Shown: piece after piece, positions 1 to 9,827 of the stretch
Layout of the letters: the number at the start of each line of letters is the position of its first letter
Position numbering within the stretch: the first letter of the stretch is position 1
DNA from: Methylotenera sp.
GTDB lineage: Bacteria > Pseudomonadota > Gammaproteobacteria > Burkholderiales > Methylophilaceae
Length of the DNA: 37,894 nucleotides
NCBI GenBank assembly: GCA_027310735.1
Contig: DAIDAH010000001.1
Coordinates: 1 to 37,894 of the forward strand
Reading direction: 5' to 3'
Program-made: the position numbers and the translations under genes
Notes under the pieces: generated by a model
Seen by the model: the letters and a program-made list of their open reading frames with translations, nothing else
Told to the model about the DNA's origin: nothing
Databases searched by the model: none

Positions 1-1818
1 GGTTTCTACCGCATCTTTAATGGCCACAATCGGCGCGACTATCGTTTCCAGCGTAGCATTAAAGCCCTCAACAATTCTACGGAAGTCGCCTTGATGTCGC
101 GTAGCATCAGCGCGAACAGTGATACGGCCATCGCTGGCGGCTTGAGCGAGCATTTTCACATCATCGTTCAATTCAATTAAATTACGTCGCACTTGCTCAA
201 TGGCTTCGTTCACAAATGCTTTTTTGCCTGGGAATTGATCAAGCGGCACTTCAAAATCACCTTCACCAAACGATTTGACACAGGCCATCGCTTTTTCAGT
301 AAGTTCAAGCTGCCCAGCGATGATGCTGTTAACAGCAGTTGCTAACTCACTAAAACCACCCTTAAATAAATGTGCATGTAGGTTCATATCAATATTCCCC
401 TGTGCATGCTCATTAGTGACCCACTTAACCGAGTCTACGATACCTTTTAGCTTGGATTTAACGCGATCAAGGTTAGTATTGATTTCTGCTTTTTTACCGG
501 GGTATTGCTTTAGTTGAACGTCAAAATCACCATCACCCAACGCACGCATGACTTGAATCATTTCGTCTTTTTCAATGACATGCGCATGCACCATGCTATT
601 CACACCATTCACAATTTCAGCATAAGCACAGTGGTATTTACTTGCATCAATCTCAACATCTATATTGCCAGCATCATGCTCTTTAGACATGTGCTGCATG
701 TCTGCAATAAAGCCTTTAATATTGCTGCGTAAAAGCTCAACTCCTTCATTAATAAATTCACGCTGACCAGCAAAACGCTCTAATGGCGCATCAAAATTAC
801 CATCTGCAAACTCAGCAATACAATCTGTCACTTTGTGCATGAGCACCGTTTGATCAGCCACCATGGTATTCACGTTTGTAGCCATGGTCTGGTAGCTGCC
901 ATGGAATTCTGCAGTATTGATTTTTGCATCAATATTGCCTGCTTTATTTTCAGCGGCCATGGTTAGCTGTGCGTCAATTACCGCCTTAAGTGACTGCTGC
1001 ATCGCGGACATTGATGCCATCAAACTTGTGGTGTCACCTGCTTTTAAATGAATAACACTATTCAAATCACCATTCGCGATATTGTTAGCGATAGTCCCCA
1101 CTTCATCGGCTTCACCACCAAGTTGACGGATAAGATGGGAAACAACTGCAAACACACCGATCAATGTGAACCCAAGCGCGATTCCAGCCAAAGTAAGAAT
1201 TGTCACTCTTGTAGATAAAACCTTAGCACCCACACCAGTTTCCAGCATTTTGGATTGTTCAGCTGCCATACTGGCGAGACCATCAACCGCTTTACGATGC
1301 TGTTCATATGCGCTTTTCAAGGCAAGTAATGCAGGTTCAATCTGCTCAGAGTTACCTGAGCGAACCGCTGGAATAAACTCGCTGTCACGTAGACGTAAAA
1401 ATTCTTCGCCACTAGGCTGCAATTGAGTTTTAATGATTTCGTGCATTTTTGGATCGGTAATAGTTTCATCCCAATATTTGGCACGCGTCGCAAAATCTTG
1501 TGCAAGCTTATTACTTTTATCGATTAAAGGCTGAAGTGGCTGATTTTTAATGGCAGCCATTTCCAGTGCCACTTGCCATGACTCGATTAAGTAAGCTGGC
1601 GGCGGCAAGATATCAGCAACTAAATCTTTATTACTGACAATGTCCTCATAAACTGGCCCATTGACCAACACCTTATTGAACTCTCTGTCGCCAATCACAC
1701 CAGTCAACACAAAGCCACTGAACATGAATGCCAACAGTAATAACAACTGCGTTTTAAGTTTTAACGCGAATAACTTTGAAAAAATGGAATTTGATTTTTT
1801 TAATTGCATCGTAGACAT
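1..1818 (-). CDS. Methyl-accepting chemotaxis protein with periplasmic sensor and poly-HAMP array (3' end runs off the window)
   Basis: Absent from the ORF track because there is no stop in the window. ATG at 1818 is preceded by GGGAG. Translation starts MSTMQLKK, then TM1, then DLVADILPPPAYLIESW and TM2, then repeated Aer2-like HAMP units (MSKEHDAGNID...LGDGDF...PGKKAEIN; EHAQGNID...FGEGDF...PGKKAFVN; RHQGDFRRIVEGFNATLE). Segments checked at both ends are in the same frame, down to position 1. Confidence 0.88.
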   Translation of the reverse strand, partial: MSTMQLKKSNSIFSKLFALKLKTQLLLLLAFMFSGFVLTGVIGDREFNKVLVNGPVYEDIVSNKDLVADILPPPAYLIESWQVALEMAAIKNQPLQPLIDKSNKLAQDFATRAKYWDETITDPKMHEIIKTQLQPSGEEFLRLRDSEFIPAVRSGNSEQIEPALLALKSAYEQHRKAVDGLASMAAEQSKMLETGVGAKVLSTRVTILTLAGIALGFTLIGVFAVVSHLIRQLGGEADEVGTIANNIANGDLNSVIHLKAGDTTSLMASMSAMQQSLKAVIDAQLTMAAENKAGNIDAKINTAEFHGSYQTMATNVNTMVADQTVLMHKVTDCIAEFADGNFDAPLERFAGQREFINEGVELLRSNIKGFIADMQHMSKEHDAGNIDVEIDASKYHCAYAEIVNGVNSMVHAHVIEKDEMIQVMRALGDGDFDVQLKQYPGKKAEINTNLDRVKSKLKGIVDSVKWVTNEHAQGNIDMNLHAHLFKGGFSELATAVNSIIAGQLELTEKAMACVKSFGEGDFEVPLDQFPGKKAFVNEAIEQVRRNLIELNDDVKMLAQAASDGRITVRADATRHQGDFRRIVEGFNATLETIVAPIVAIKDAVET

Positions 1819-2029
1819 GTGCTTCTCCCAGTTTATAGTTAGGGGTATTCAGCTATGATTAATATCAGCCGCCAAATTTAAGACTAATCTTAAGTATCAA
1901 GGCAGACTTTTCTTAAATATTGCAAAATTAGCACAATAAATCAACATAAAAAAGTACAACATATTTCAAAATGTAAAAATGAGAGAGATTTTGTACTGAA
2001 CCTTAACATCCATAACTTAATTGTTCATA

Positions 2030-5000
2030 TCAATTGTATTGTGCTGACCTAAAGTCCACCAAACCCTCAAACGCTGCATACGGCATCGGTTTGCCAAACA
2101 GATAACCCTGCCCAATCACGCAGCCATTAGACAGTAGGCAGTTCGCTTGTTCTTGCGTTTCTACGCCTTCAGCAACCAGTTCCATATCCAGCACTTGTGA
2201 GATGGAGATCATCACTTTGATCAGTTCGGTTTTGTCGTGATCGTGTGGAATGTCTTTGACAAATGAGCGGTCGATCTTGATCTGGCTGACTGGGAAGCGG
2301 TTGAGGTAGCTTAAGGCAGAATACCCGGTGCCAAAGTCGTCAATGGAGATGGCGTGTCCCATGTTATTGAAGGTGTTGAGCATGGCGGCAATTTCGGTGC
2401 TGTCTTCCAGAAGCAGGCTTTCGGTGATTTCCAGTTTGATCCAATGCGGCGGACAGCCGGTTTCCTTGAGGATGCGTTGTACCGTGCCTACGAGGTCATT
2501 GCGTATGAACTGGCGGGTGGAGAGATTGACGGCGATGCAGAGCGGCGTTGCTCGGGGCGTATTCCAGGCGACGGCGGCCAGGCAGGCGCTGTGTAGTACC
2601 CATTCGCCAATGCTGAGGATGAGTCCGGTTTCTTCGGCGATGGGGATGAATTTGTCTGGGGTGATGATGCCTTTACTGCTGTGGTTCCAGCGTAAGAGTG
2701 CTTCTGCACCGATGATCTTGCCGGTGGCGAGTTCTACTTGTGGTTGATAGTAGAGTTCGAATGCATTGCGTTCTTGTGCCTTGCGTAGGTCGTTTTCAAT
2801 GGACATGCGGCTGGCGGCTTTTTCGGTGAGGTCGGCTGAGTAGAACTGGAAGTTGTTGCGGCCTTGCTGTTTGGCGTGGTACATCGCTGAGTCGGCGTAG
2901 CGGAACAGGGTTTCGACGTCGGCGCTGTCATCGGGGTAGAGGGCGATGCCGATGCTGCCGGAGAGAAAGAGTTCTCGGCCGTCAATGATGAAGGGCTGAT
3001 TAAAGGCGACGAGTATTTTGCAAGCGATGGTATCGAGATCCAGACCACTACGGATTTCCGGCAATAAGATGGCAAATTCGTCACCGCCAAAACGCGCTAC
3101 GGTGTCATAACTGCGCACACAACCTTGCACACGCTTCGCAGCTTCGTGCAATACCTGATCACCGACACTATGCCCTAGCGTATCGTTGATCTCTTTGAAA
3201 CGATCAAGATCCATCATCATCAAACCAAATTGATGTTTGTGTCTGGTCGCATCGATGACCGCTTGAGTAATGCGGTCGTTGAGTAATGCACGGTTAGGTA
3301 AACTAGTCAGCGTATCAAAGAAAGCCAGATTGTGGATTTGTTTACGATAAGTATCAATTTCGGTAATGTCACGACCAACAGCAAGCACACTCACCACGTT
3401 ACCTTCAGCATCAAACTCTGGGGTTAGCTGTGTAAGCCTCACAGAAAGTCTACCATCACTCAGTTTTGTACTTAGTTCATACTCTTCTGATTTCGCAGTA
3501 ATCAGTACACTTTTAAGAACCTCCTTATATGCGAGATAAGACTCTCCATCAGAAGTTTTCATCGGCTTTTTATTGAGTAGTTGTTCCAGCGACATACCGG
3601 AATCAGTCACCATTCTTGGATTGGCATAAATACGAAAGCAATTTTTATCGTATCTTGCAATGTGATCATGCGTGTTTTCCACTAAAGTACGAAACTGCCG
3701 CTCACTTACCATTAAGGCTTCGTCTATGCGTATGCGCTCTTCAGCTTCATCTTTGAGCATACGATTTGATCTACGTAAACGCATCAAAAGTGGTACCGTC
3801 AAAAACAGAACAATCATACTGCTGACAGCAAGTGTTACTAACCAGCGTTGCTGTAATTTATGCTGTTGAAGTTCCGCTGACTGCCGCTCATTACTTAAAT
3901 TTAAGGCATCAATCTGACGCTGCTTACTTTCTGATTGATAACGTTTAGTCAGCTCCAACATGCGTGTGCTAGCACTTTCTTTGGCCGCTTGTGCAGACAT
4001 TGCATCAGCCTCTGAAAGTAGTTGGTAAGCACGCTTATGGTCACCATGGTCTGCAGCAAGAGCAGCCACATGCCTTGCACTTTCACTCATATAACTAGGA
4101 AAACCCATAGTCTGAGCTAAGGTATATGCACGCTCGGCATCAATCCTTGCTGCGTCAGAGCGTCCCTGCGACTGGGCATACTTACTACGTATATTTAATG
4201 TCCACCACATACCGATTTTATTAGGGTATTTTTCAAAAATATTCACAGCTTCATCTAAAGCGAGAATGCTATCAGCGGCCAGTCCTTGTTTATCCTGATT
4301 CTCTGCAAGCGCAATCAAGCTAAAAGCGACACTAAATGGGATACCTATTTTTTGATACATCGCAATAGCTTCGCGTATTAATCGCTCACCATGCACTAAG
4401 TCCGTACCAGCAACACGTCCATACCCTAATATAGCATCGGCCTCTAAGCGCAACATATGGGAGGCATGTGCTTGCTCCCGCATCTTGATGTAGTGATCAA
4501 TAGCCTCTTTCTCTTGACCACTTTGGTCGAATTGCAAAGCCAAACCCTGATGAGCGTAAGTCAGTGCGACAGGATTATTACTGCGCTTAGCAATGTCCAT
4601 TGTCTGCAAACTCGTGGTAATCGCATCATCGATCTGTCCCCGCCGACGATACATCATCGAGGTGCGCAACATTGCCTCACTTAGTAAGTCCGGCCGATTT
4701 ACACCATCCAACACCTCCATGCTATCAAGGACAGCAGCCGTCATCACGTCCAACTTACCTTGATTGATTGCGTTCAATGCAATATTAAGATCAGCCTCAG
4801 CCTGCCCTACTTTATCTGCATGCTGTTTGGCCAATGCATATGCCTGCTTGGTATGCGTTGCAGCAGCGTCAGTTAAGGCTGAGTAAGTTTCAATACGTGC
4901 CAGCAGATTAAGTAAGCGCACACGGTCATTGGATGTCGCTTCCGCAGGTATGGTTAACTGTAGATGTTCAGCTTTTCGATAAGCAGCAGGCACATCATTT

Positions 5001-5203
5001 TCTGCAAGAATACCTATTGCTGCGGCCTCACTACGCCAAGCACCCAAGTTGCTTTGTTCAGCTATCGCAGGTATTGAATACCATGCCATCAGTATCACTG
5101 ACACAAAGCCAAACAGCCATTTATTGATATGTGGAAACAATTTTGACCTATCCTCAGAAGCGGTGCCTACTAATCGCTCTATGCGCCATGTCACATTATC
5201 CAT
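2030..5203 (-). CDS. Membrane-anchored TPR-like sensor / PAS / GGDEF / EAL c-di-GMP enzyme
   Basis: N-terminal hydrophobic signal/TM, about 400 aa of helical TPR-like repeats, TM (WLVTLAVSSMIVLFLTVPLL), PAS, DTLTSLPNR, RSYD I-site with GGDEF, then EAL (GAEALLRW) and DDFGTGYS. Confidence 0.92.
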   Translation of the reverse strand: MDNVTWRIERLVGTASEDRSKLFPHINKWLFGFVSVILMAWYSIPAIAEQSNLGAWRSEAAAIGILAENDVPAAYRKAEHLQLTIPAEATSNDRVRLLNLLARIETYSALTDAAATHTKQAYALAKQHADKVGQAEADLNIALNAINQGKLDVMTAAVLDSMEVLDGVNRPDLLSEAMLRTSMMYRRRGQIDDAITTSLQTMDIAKRSNNPVALTYAHQGLALQFDQSGQEKEAIDHYIKMREQAHASHMLRLEADAILGYGRVAGTDLVHGERLIREAIAMYQKIGIPFSVAFSLIALAENQDKQGLAADSILALDEAVNIFEKYPNKIGMWWTLNIRSKYAQSQGRSDAARIDAERAYTLAQTMGFPSYMSESARHVAALAADHGDHKRAYQLLSEADAMSAQAAKESASTRMLELTKRYQSESKQRQIDALNLSNERQSAELQQHKLQQRWLVTLAVSSMIVLFLTVPLLMRLRRSNRMLKDEAEERIRIDEALMVSERQFRTLVENTHDHIARYDKNCFRIYANPRMVTDSGMSLEQLLNKKPMKTSDGESYLAYKEVLKSVLITAKSEEYELSTKLSDGRLSVRLTQLTPEFDAEGNVVSVLAVGRDITEIDTYRKQIHNLAFFDTLTSLPNRALLNDRITQAVIDATRHKHQFGLMMMDLDRFKEINDTLGHSVGDQVLHEAAKRVQGCVRSYDTVARFGGDEFAILLPEIRSGLDLDTIACKILVAFNQPFIIDGRELFLSGSIGIALYPDDSADVETLFRYADSAMYHAKQQGRNNFQFYSADLTEKAASRMSIENDLRKAQERNAFELYYQPQVELATGKIIGAEALLRWNHSSKGIITPDKFIPIAEETGLILSIGEWVLHSACLAAVAWNTPRATPLCIAVNLSTRQFIRNDLVGTVQRILKETGCPPHWIKLEITESLLLEDSTEIAAMLNTFNNMGHAISIDDFGTGYSALSYLNRFPVSQIKIDRSFVKDIPHDHDKTELIKVMISISQVLDMELVAEGVETQEQANCLLSNGCVIGQGYLFGKPMPYAAFEGLVDFRSAQYN

Positions 5204-5463
5204 AGAGTCTAAAATCCTTTATGGAATTGCTTTTTTACAATTGACACCACCCTAATGCAAGATTGTTGTTATAAGCTTAATCTTGCTTGATAGCATCAAA
5301 CAGCTATCAGCTTCCAAAAGGTCTTATACGCTGACGAGGCGTGTTATCAACTCACTTCCACAACATAATAGACCATTCGCCATACTGAGTAAAATCTCTC
5401 TAAAACTTAGCCTCCTCCACCTCACAACATCGGCTGATGATAGCTTTTGTAAAAATGCGCGCC

Positions 5464-6300
5464 TCAGTAATCATGCGCTAGTAATGCTTCGCCACAATGA
5501 CGGCAATACACGGCATCTTTTTCATGCCCCTCTAACATGCAGCTTGGGCATGCAATCGCAACATTCACGTTGGAGTTAGCGCTTGATCTGGCCAACTCTA
5601 CTGTTACTATCCCAGTTGGCACAGCAATAATGGCATAGCCCATAATCATCACCATGGAAGCGATGGCTTGACCTACAGGGGTTTTAGGAGAAATATCGCC
5701 GTAACCAACTGTGGTCAGCGTAACAATTGCCCAATACACGGATTCCGGGATGCTGGTATAGCCATTTTCAGGGCCTTCTACAACAAACATCAAAGTACCT
5801 AAAATGACAACCAAGGTAAGTATCGCAAGTAAGAAAACAAGCAATTTCCTTCGGCTAGCGGCTAAGGCTCTAGCCATTACTTCACTCTCCTCAAGATAAT
5901 AGGACAGCTTAAGTATTCGAAATATTCTTAATAAGCGCAGTAAACGTAAAGCCATGGCATAGCTTGCACCACTCATGAACAAGGCAATATAGCTTGGCAA
6001 TGTTGAGAGTAAGTCGATAATACCCATAAAACTAAAAATGTAGTTTGCCGGTTTATTGACAGAGACTATCCGTGCGATATATTCAAGCGTAAATACAATG
6101 GAAAAAAACCATTCCAAATAAAACAACTGATGCCCCCATTGCACATGGATGTTTGCAACGCTATCCAGCATCACCACGATTACGCTTAATACAATGGCTA
6201 CTACCAATCCAATATCAAATAATTTCCCTGCTCTGGTATCCGCTTCAAAAATGATTTGATAGACGGCATCACGCCACGGCGCTTTATCTTCCCTAGACAT
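5464..6300 (-). CDS. Voltage-gated-type (6TM) potassium channel with C-terminal Cys/His zinc-ribbon-like tail
   Basis: TVGYGD selectivity filter, S4-like LRLLRLLRIFRILKL, C-terminal CPSC...H...CRHC. Confidence 0.92.
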   Translation of the reverse strand: MSREDKAPWRDAVYQIIFEADTRAGKLFDIGLVVAIVLSVIVVMLDSVANIHVQWGHQLFYLEWFFSIVFTLEYIARIVSVNKPANYIFSFMGIIDLLSTLPSYIALFMSGASYAMALRLLRLLRIFRILKLSYYLEESEVMARALAASRRKLLVFLLAILTLVVILGTLMFVVEGPENGYTSIPESVYWAIVTLTTVGYGDISPKTPVGQAIASMVMIMGYAIIAVPTGIVTVELARSSANSNVNVAIACPSCMLEGHEKDAVYCRHCGEALLAHDY

Positions 6301-6344
6301 TTAGGTTTACTCCATTTTGTAAATATTTTTAATGTGAGAAACGA

Positions 6345-7724
6345 CTAATGTTCAGCACTTTTTTCAGCAAGAAACTGAGCCTGATTCCGGCTTATCAAAA
6401 CAAGTAACACGCCAGAATAAATAAATGTAGAAAGCATCACAACACCTATTACGACTGCCTTGAACATCTCCAGATATTCAAAAGTTGAGGGAATCATGGT
6501 CAGCATCACAATAGATAAGCCCCCCTTAATCCCTGCAAAAGTTAGCACACCCCACCAACGAAAATTGATGTCGACCATTTTATCGGTTCTGTTTGCAAGC
6601 CATGCAAACATGCCCATCATCAAGCCACGAATCAATGTCGTTGCAAAAAACATGGTCATGATTTCAACACGATATTGCCATAAGAATTTCATATCTATCA
6701 TTTCAGCCATCGCGATAAACAATATGGTATTCGCGACAAGTGCTAACAACTGCACATCTTCTTTGGTACGTAAATGGCGATCCCGCTCTTCTATGGTAGC
6801 TTTAACGCGGCTCAGAACAATGCCAATCACATTAGGCGAAGTCTCAACTTTAGCCGCCTCAATATGCAACTCAGCCTCATCACGTACTATTTGCTCACTG
6901 TCTTCTGTCACCACTTTCATCATGACATGATGTACGGTGATAGTTGCAAAAATACAAGCCAATATGCCTGATAAGTGCATATGTGAATGTGCGCCAAATA
7001 AGTTTAGCAATAGATAAAAATGCTCAGCCATTTCGAATGAGCCATAACCAGTCACAATCAACACCATCATTTCAGCAATACGATTAGCAGTAGTTTTCAT
7101 TAAAAACAAGCCAATATAACCAACTACCACACCAACCGCTAATGATCCAATCACCACAGCAACGCTAATTTCAGCGATATAAGTACCAGTGATTTCACCG
7201 CCACCTAATGCATACAGCCCGATAAATACGAATACGATGAGCGCAGTCGCATCATTAAACAGACTCTCACCTTCCGCTAGAATCTTTAAGTGATGTGGTA
7301 GTTCAAACTTGGAAAAGATACTGACCACAGAAACCGGATCGGTTGCTAGCACCATTGCAAACAATACAATGACCGCCGCGTAAGAGAGGTGTATATCGGC
7401 AAAGAGATAGCTAGAAACAACCAACGCCATCAGCACAGAAAGCACTACCGCGACAATTGCCAGATACAGCAGACTTAATCCATGTGCTTTGAGATCAGCA
7501 AGCTTGAGTTCTAGCGAATCGGACACAAGCAGAATCGGTAAAAGGAATACCACTAAGGCAGCAAAATGCTCAGCATCGCCAGTAAGTATAGGGATTTTCA
7601 GAAAAACGAAATGCGCCGCAAATGACAGTGCAATTAAGCCAAGCGGTGACGGTATTTTAAACTTATCTTCCAGCTGCAATGCAAAGTACAGTATTCCAGC
7701 AATCATCAGTAAGGTAGCAATCAT
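6345..7724 (-). CDS. CPA1 family Na+(K+)/H+ antiporter (NhaP-like)
   Basis: Polytopic membrane protein with the CPA1 signatures ATDPVSV and GESLFND. Confidence 0.88.
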   Translation of the reverse strand: MIATLLMIAGILYFALQLEDKFKIPSPLGLIALSFAAHFVFLKIPILTGDAEHFAALVVFLLPILLVSDSLELKLADLKAHGLSLLYLAIVAVVLSVLMALVVSSYLFADIHLSYAAVIVLFAMVLATDPVSVVSIFSKFELPHHLKILAEGESLFNDATALIVFVFIGLYALGGGEITGTYIAEISVAVVIGSLAVGVVVGYIGLFLMKTTANRIAEMMVLIVTGYGSFEMAEHFYLLLNLFGAHSHMHLSGILACIFATITVHHVMMKVVTEDSEQIVRDEAELHIEAAKVETSPNVIGIVLSRVKATIEERDRHLRTKEDVQLLALVANTILFIAMAEMIDMKFLWQYRVEIMTMFFATTLIRGLMMGMFAWLANRTDKMVDINFRWWGVLTFAGIKGGLSIVMLTMIPSTFEYLEMFKAVVIGVVMLSTFIYSGVLLVLISRNQAQFLAEKSAEH

Positions 7725-7864
7725 TATGTTATGCAGAAATCCTGTGAGCGTTGATGACCTATATTATCCGGCTTCTATTGAAAACGCCAATCACCATGTA
7801 TGAATAAACAAGCTCTCACATACAAGTGCTCCTGCACATGAGATGCCATTAGCTGGAGATTCAA

Positions 7865-9817
7865 TCAGGTCTGAAACCAGTAGAAAGACAATGCCGGGAT
7901 GACAATATTGCCGTCTAACAAAGAGAATGTTTCCCCTGTATGCAAGTCTTTCACTGTGTCGTACTGAAAAAAACCCATGCGCTGCATCGACAAGATATCC
8001 AAGAACTGTGGCTCAGCGTCGAAATTACCAACAACCACTACCCTTGAATGGCTTAAGCCTTGATCAAACCGTGAAAACACAAAAAGATGCTCATTATCCA
8101 CGCTTAATAATTCACGATTATTTCTATCCGCAAATGCTGAAATTTCTTTACGAACAGAAATCATTTTCTTGATTGCACTGAATATTCGATACTCCACTGT
8201 GCCCGGCTGCGCTCGCCTTGCAGCTTTATTCCAGTCCATTTTTGGACGATGCACCCAGCGATTATCGTTACTTTTGCTCTCGTCACTAAGATAAGAGTCA
8301 TCATTGAGTGTGCCGATTGCATCACCATAGTAAAGCAGAGGGATTCCACCAAAGGATAAAATCATACTGTGTAATAACAATATAACTTTTATAGAGGCAT
8401 CAATGGCATCTGCATCATTTTCATTCAACGCACTTTCAAGCGAGGCTAGCGCAGCTAGAGAACCTGAAATACGCGCATCACCCGTTTTGCCATTTTCACC
8501 GAACGCCAATCCCATCGCATGGGAGCCTTCGTAGTTTCCGGTAAAATAATCAACCAGAAAACGACGGTGTAATTGTGGATCATAGCCCGCTGCGACAATA
8601 TCTGCATCACTGAATCCCCAGCCTATATCATCATGACAACGTACATAGTTAAGCCAAGTTGCCCGCTCCAGCTTTTCTGGAATACTGCGTATGCCCTTGT
8701 TGAGCAGAGTAGCTTTCCTTGTTGCTACGGCCTCCCACAATAAAGCCATGTAAGTAGCGTTATAGGCAATCTCGCACTCTTTTGCATTAATTGCATCCTC
8801 ACCAAAATACTTAATAATTTCGGTAGGTGCGACAATCGCCTCAGCAATAAATAAAACACCTGGCGCCGTCACTTGGCAGCAATCTTTCATCAATTGTAGT
8901 ATTTGGTGAGCTTCACGCTCATTCTGGCAGGTACTGCCCATTTTTTTCCATAAAAAAGCAACCGCATCTAACCGCAGAATATCGACCCCTCGGTTGGCCC
9001 AAAAAAGAATGATGTCCAGCATTTCGATAAAAACGGCAGGATTACGATAGTTAAGGTCCCATTGATAACTATTAAACACTGTCATCACCCATTTACCCAT
9101 CTCTGCATCCCAAGTGAAATTTCCTGGTGCAGTTTCCGGAAAGACTTCTGGCATGGACTCTTCATACATATCTGGAATTTGCCTGTCGTCAAAAGTGAAG
9201 TAATAATCTTGGAATGTCTTATCGCCTTGACGCGCCTTTTGCGCCCACTCATGCTCATCCGAAGTGTGGTTAACCACAACATCCAATGTCAGCAACATAC
9301 CTCTTTTTCTTAAATGGTCAACCAACTCATCTAGATCCTTCAGCGTACCAAATCGATGATCTATATTGCGAAAGTCTCGTACCGCATACCCCCCGTCACT
9401 CTTGCCTTCCGGGCAATCACAAATAGGCATGATATGTACCAGATTGACCCCAAGATCCTGCAAGTAATGTAACTTTGACGGCATTCCTTTCAGGTCGCCA
9501 GAGAATCCATCACAGTACAAAGCCATAGCCACCCATTGCTGACTCAAAAACCAGTTATGGTCTTTTTCTCGTGCTAAATCCAGTTTCTTTAAATAAGCAG
9601 GCCGTTTAATATACTGGCGCGCTAAGGTCTCAACCAGATGCAACATCTGTTTTTTGAAATCGGGTCGATCACCATAAAGAGAACTGAATAAGGAATGGAT
9701 CGCATAAAAATTAGCACCCAATCGTGTATAAAAATGCTGTAATTTTTGGTATTTTATTTCTGGTTTCAGCGCGATTAATACATCATTGAGCAGCGAGTGT
9801 GAAGCTTGTTCATACAT
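7865..9817 (-). CDS. ams: Amylosucrase / sucrose hydrolase (GH13)
   Basis: GH13 motifs SDGGYAV, DVVVNHTS, LRLDAVAFLWK, AEAIV, NYVRCHDDIGW and ARISGS; adjacent to sps. Confidence 0.88.
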   Translation of the reverse strand: MYEQASHSLLNDVLIALKPEIKYQKLQHFYTRLGANFYAIHSLFSSLYGDRPDFKKQMLHLVETLARQYIKRPAYLKKLDLAREKDHNWFLSQQWVAMALYCDGFSGDLKGMPSKLHYLQDLGVNLVHIMPICDCPEGKSDGGYAVRDFRNIDHRFGTLKDLDELVDHLRKRGMLLTLDVVVNHTSDEHEWAQKARQGDKTFQDYYFTFDDRQIPDMYEESMPEVFPETAPGNFTWDAEMGKWVMTVFNSYQWDLNYRNPAVFIEMLDIILFWANRGVDILRLDAVAFLWKKMGSTCQNEREAHQILQLMKDCCQVTAPGVLFIAEAIVAPTEIIKYFGEDAINAKECEIAYNATYMALLWEAVATRKATLLNKGIRSIPEKLERATWLNYVRCHDDIGWGFSDADIVAAGYDPQLHRRFLVDYFTGNYEGSHAMGLAFGENGKTGDARISGSLAALASLESALNENDADAIDASIKVILLLHSMILSFGGIPLLYYGDAIGTLNDDSYLSDESKSNDNRWVHRPKMDWNKAARRAQPGTVEYRIFSAIKKMISVRKEISAFADRNNRELLSVDNEHLFVFSRFDQGLSHSRVVVVGNFDAEPQFLDILSMQRMGFFQYDTVKDLHTGETFSLLDGNIVIPALSFYWFQT

Positions 9818-9827
9818 GGCTCATACC

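Noticed and set aside
275-1858. Short ORFs in the track over the chemoreceptor gene
   Set aside because: Antisense or off-frame shadows of the long minus-strand MCP frame.
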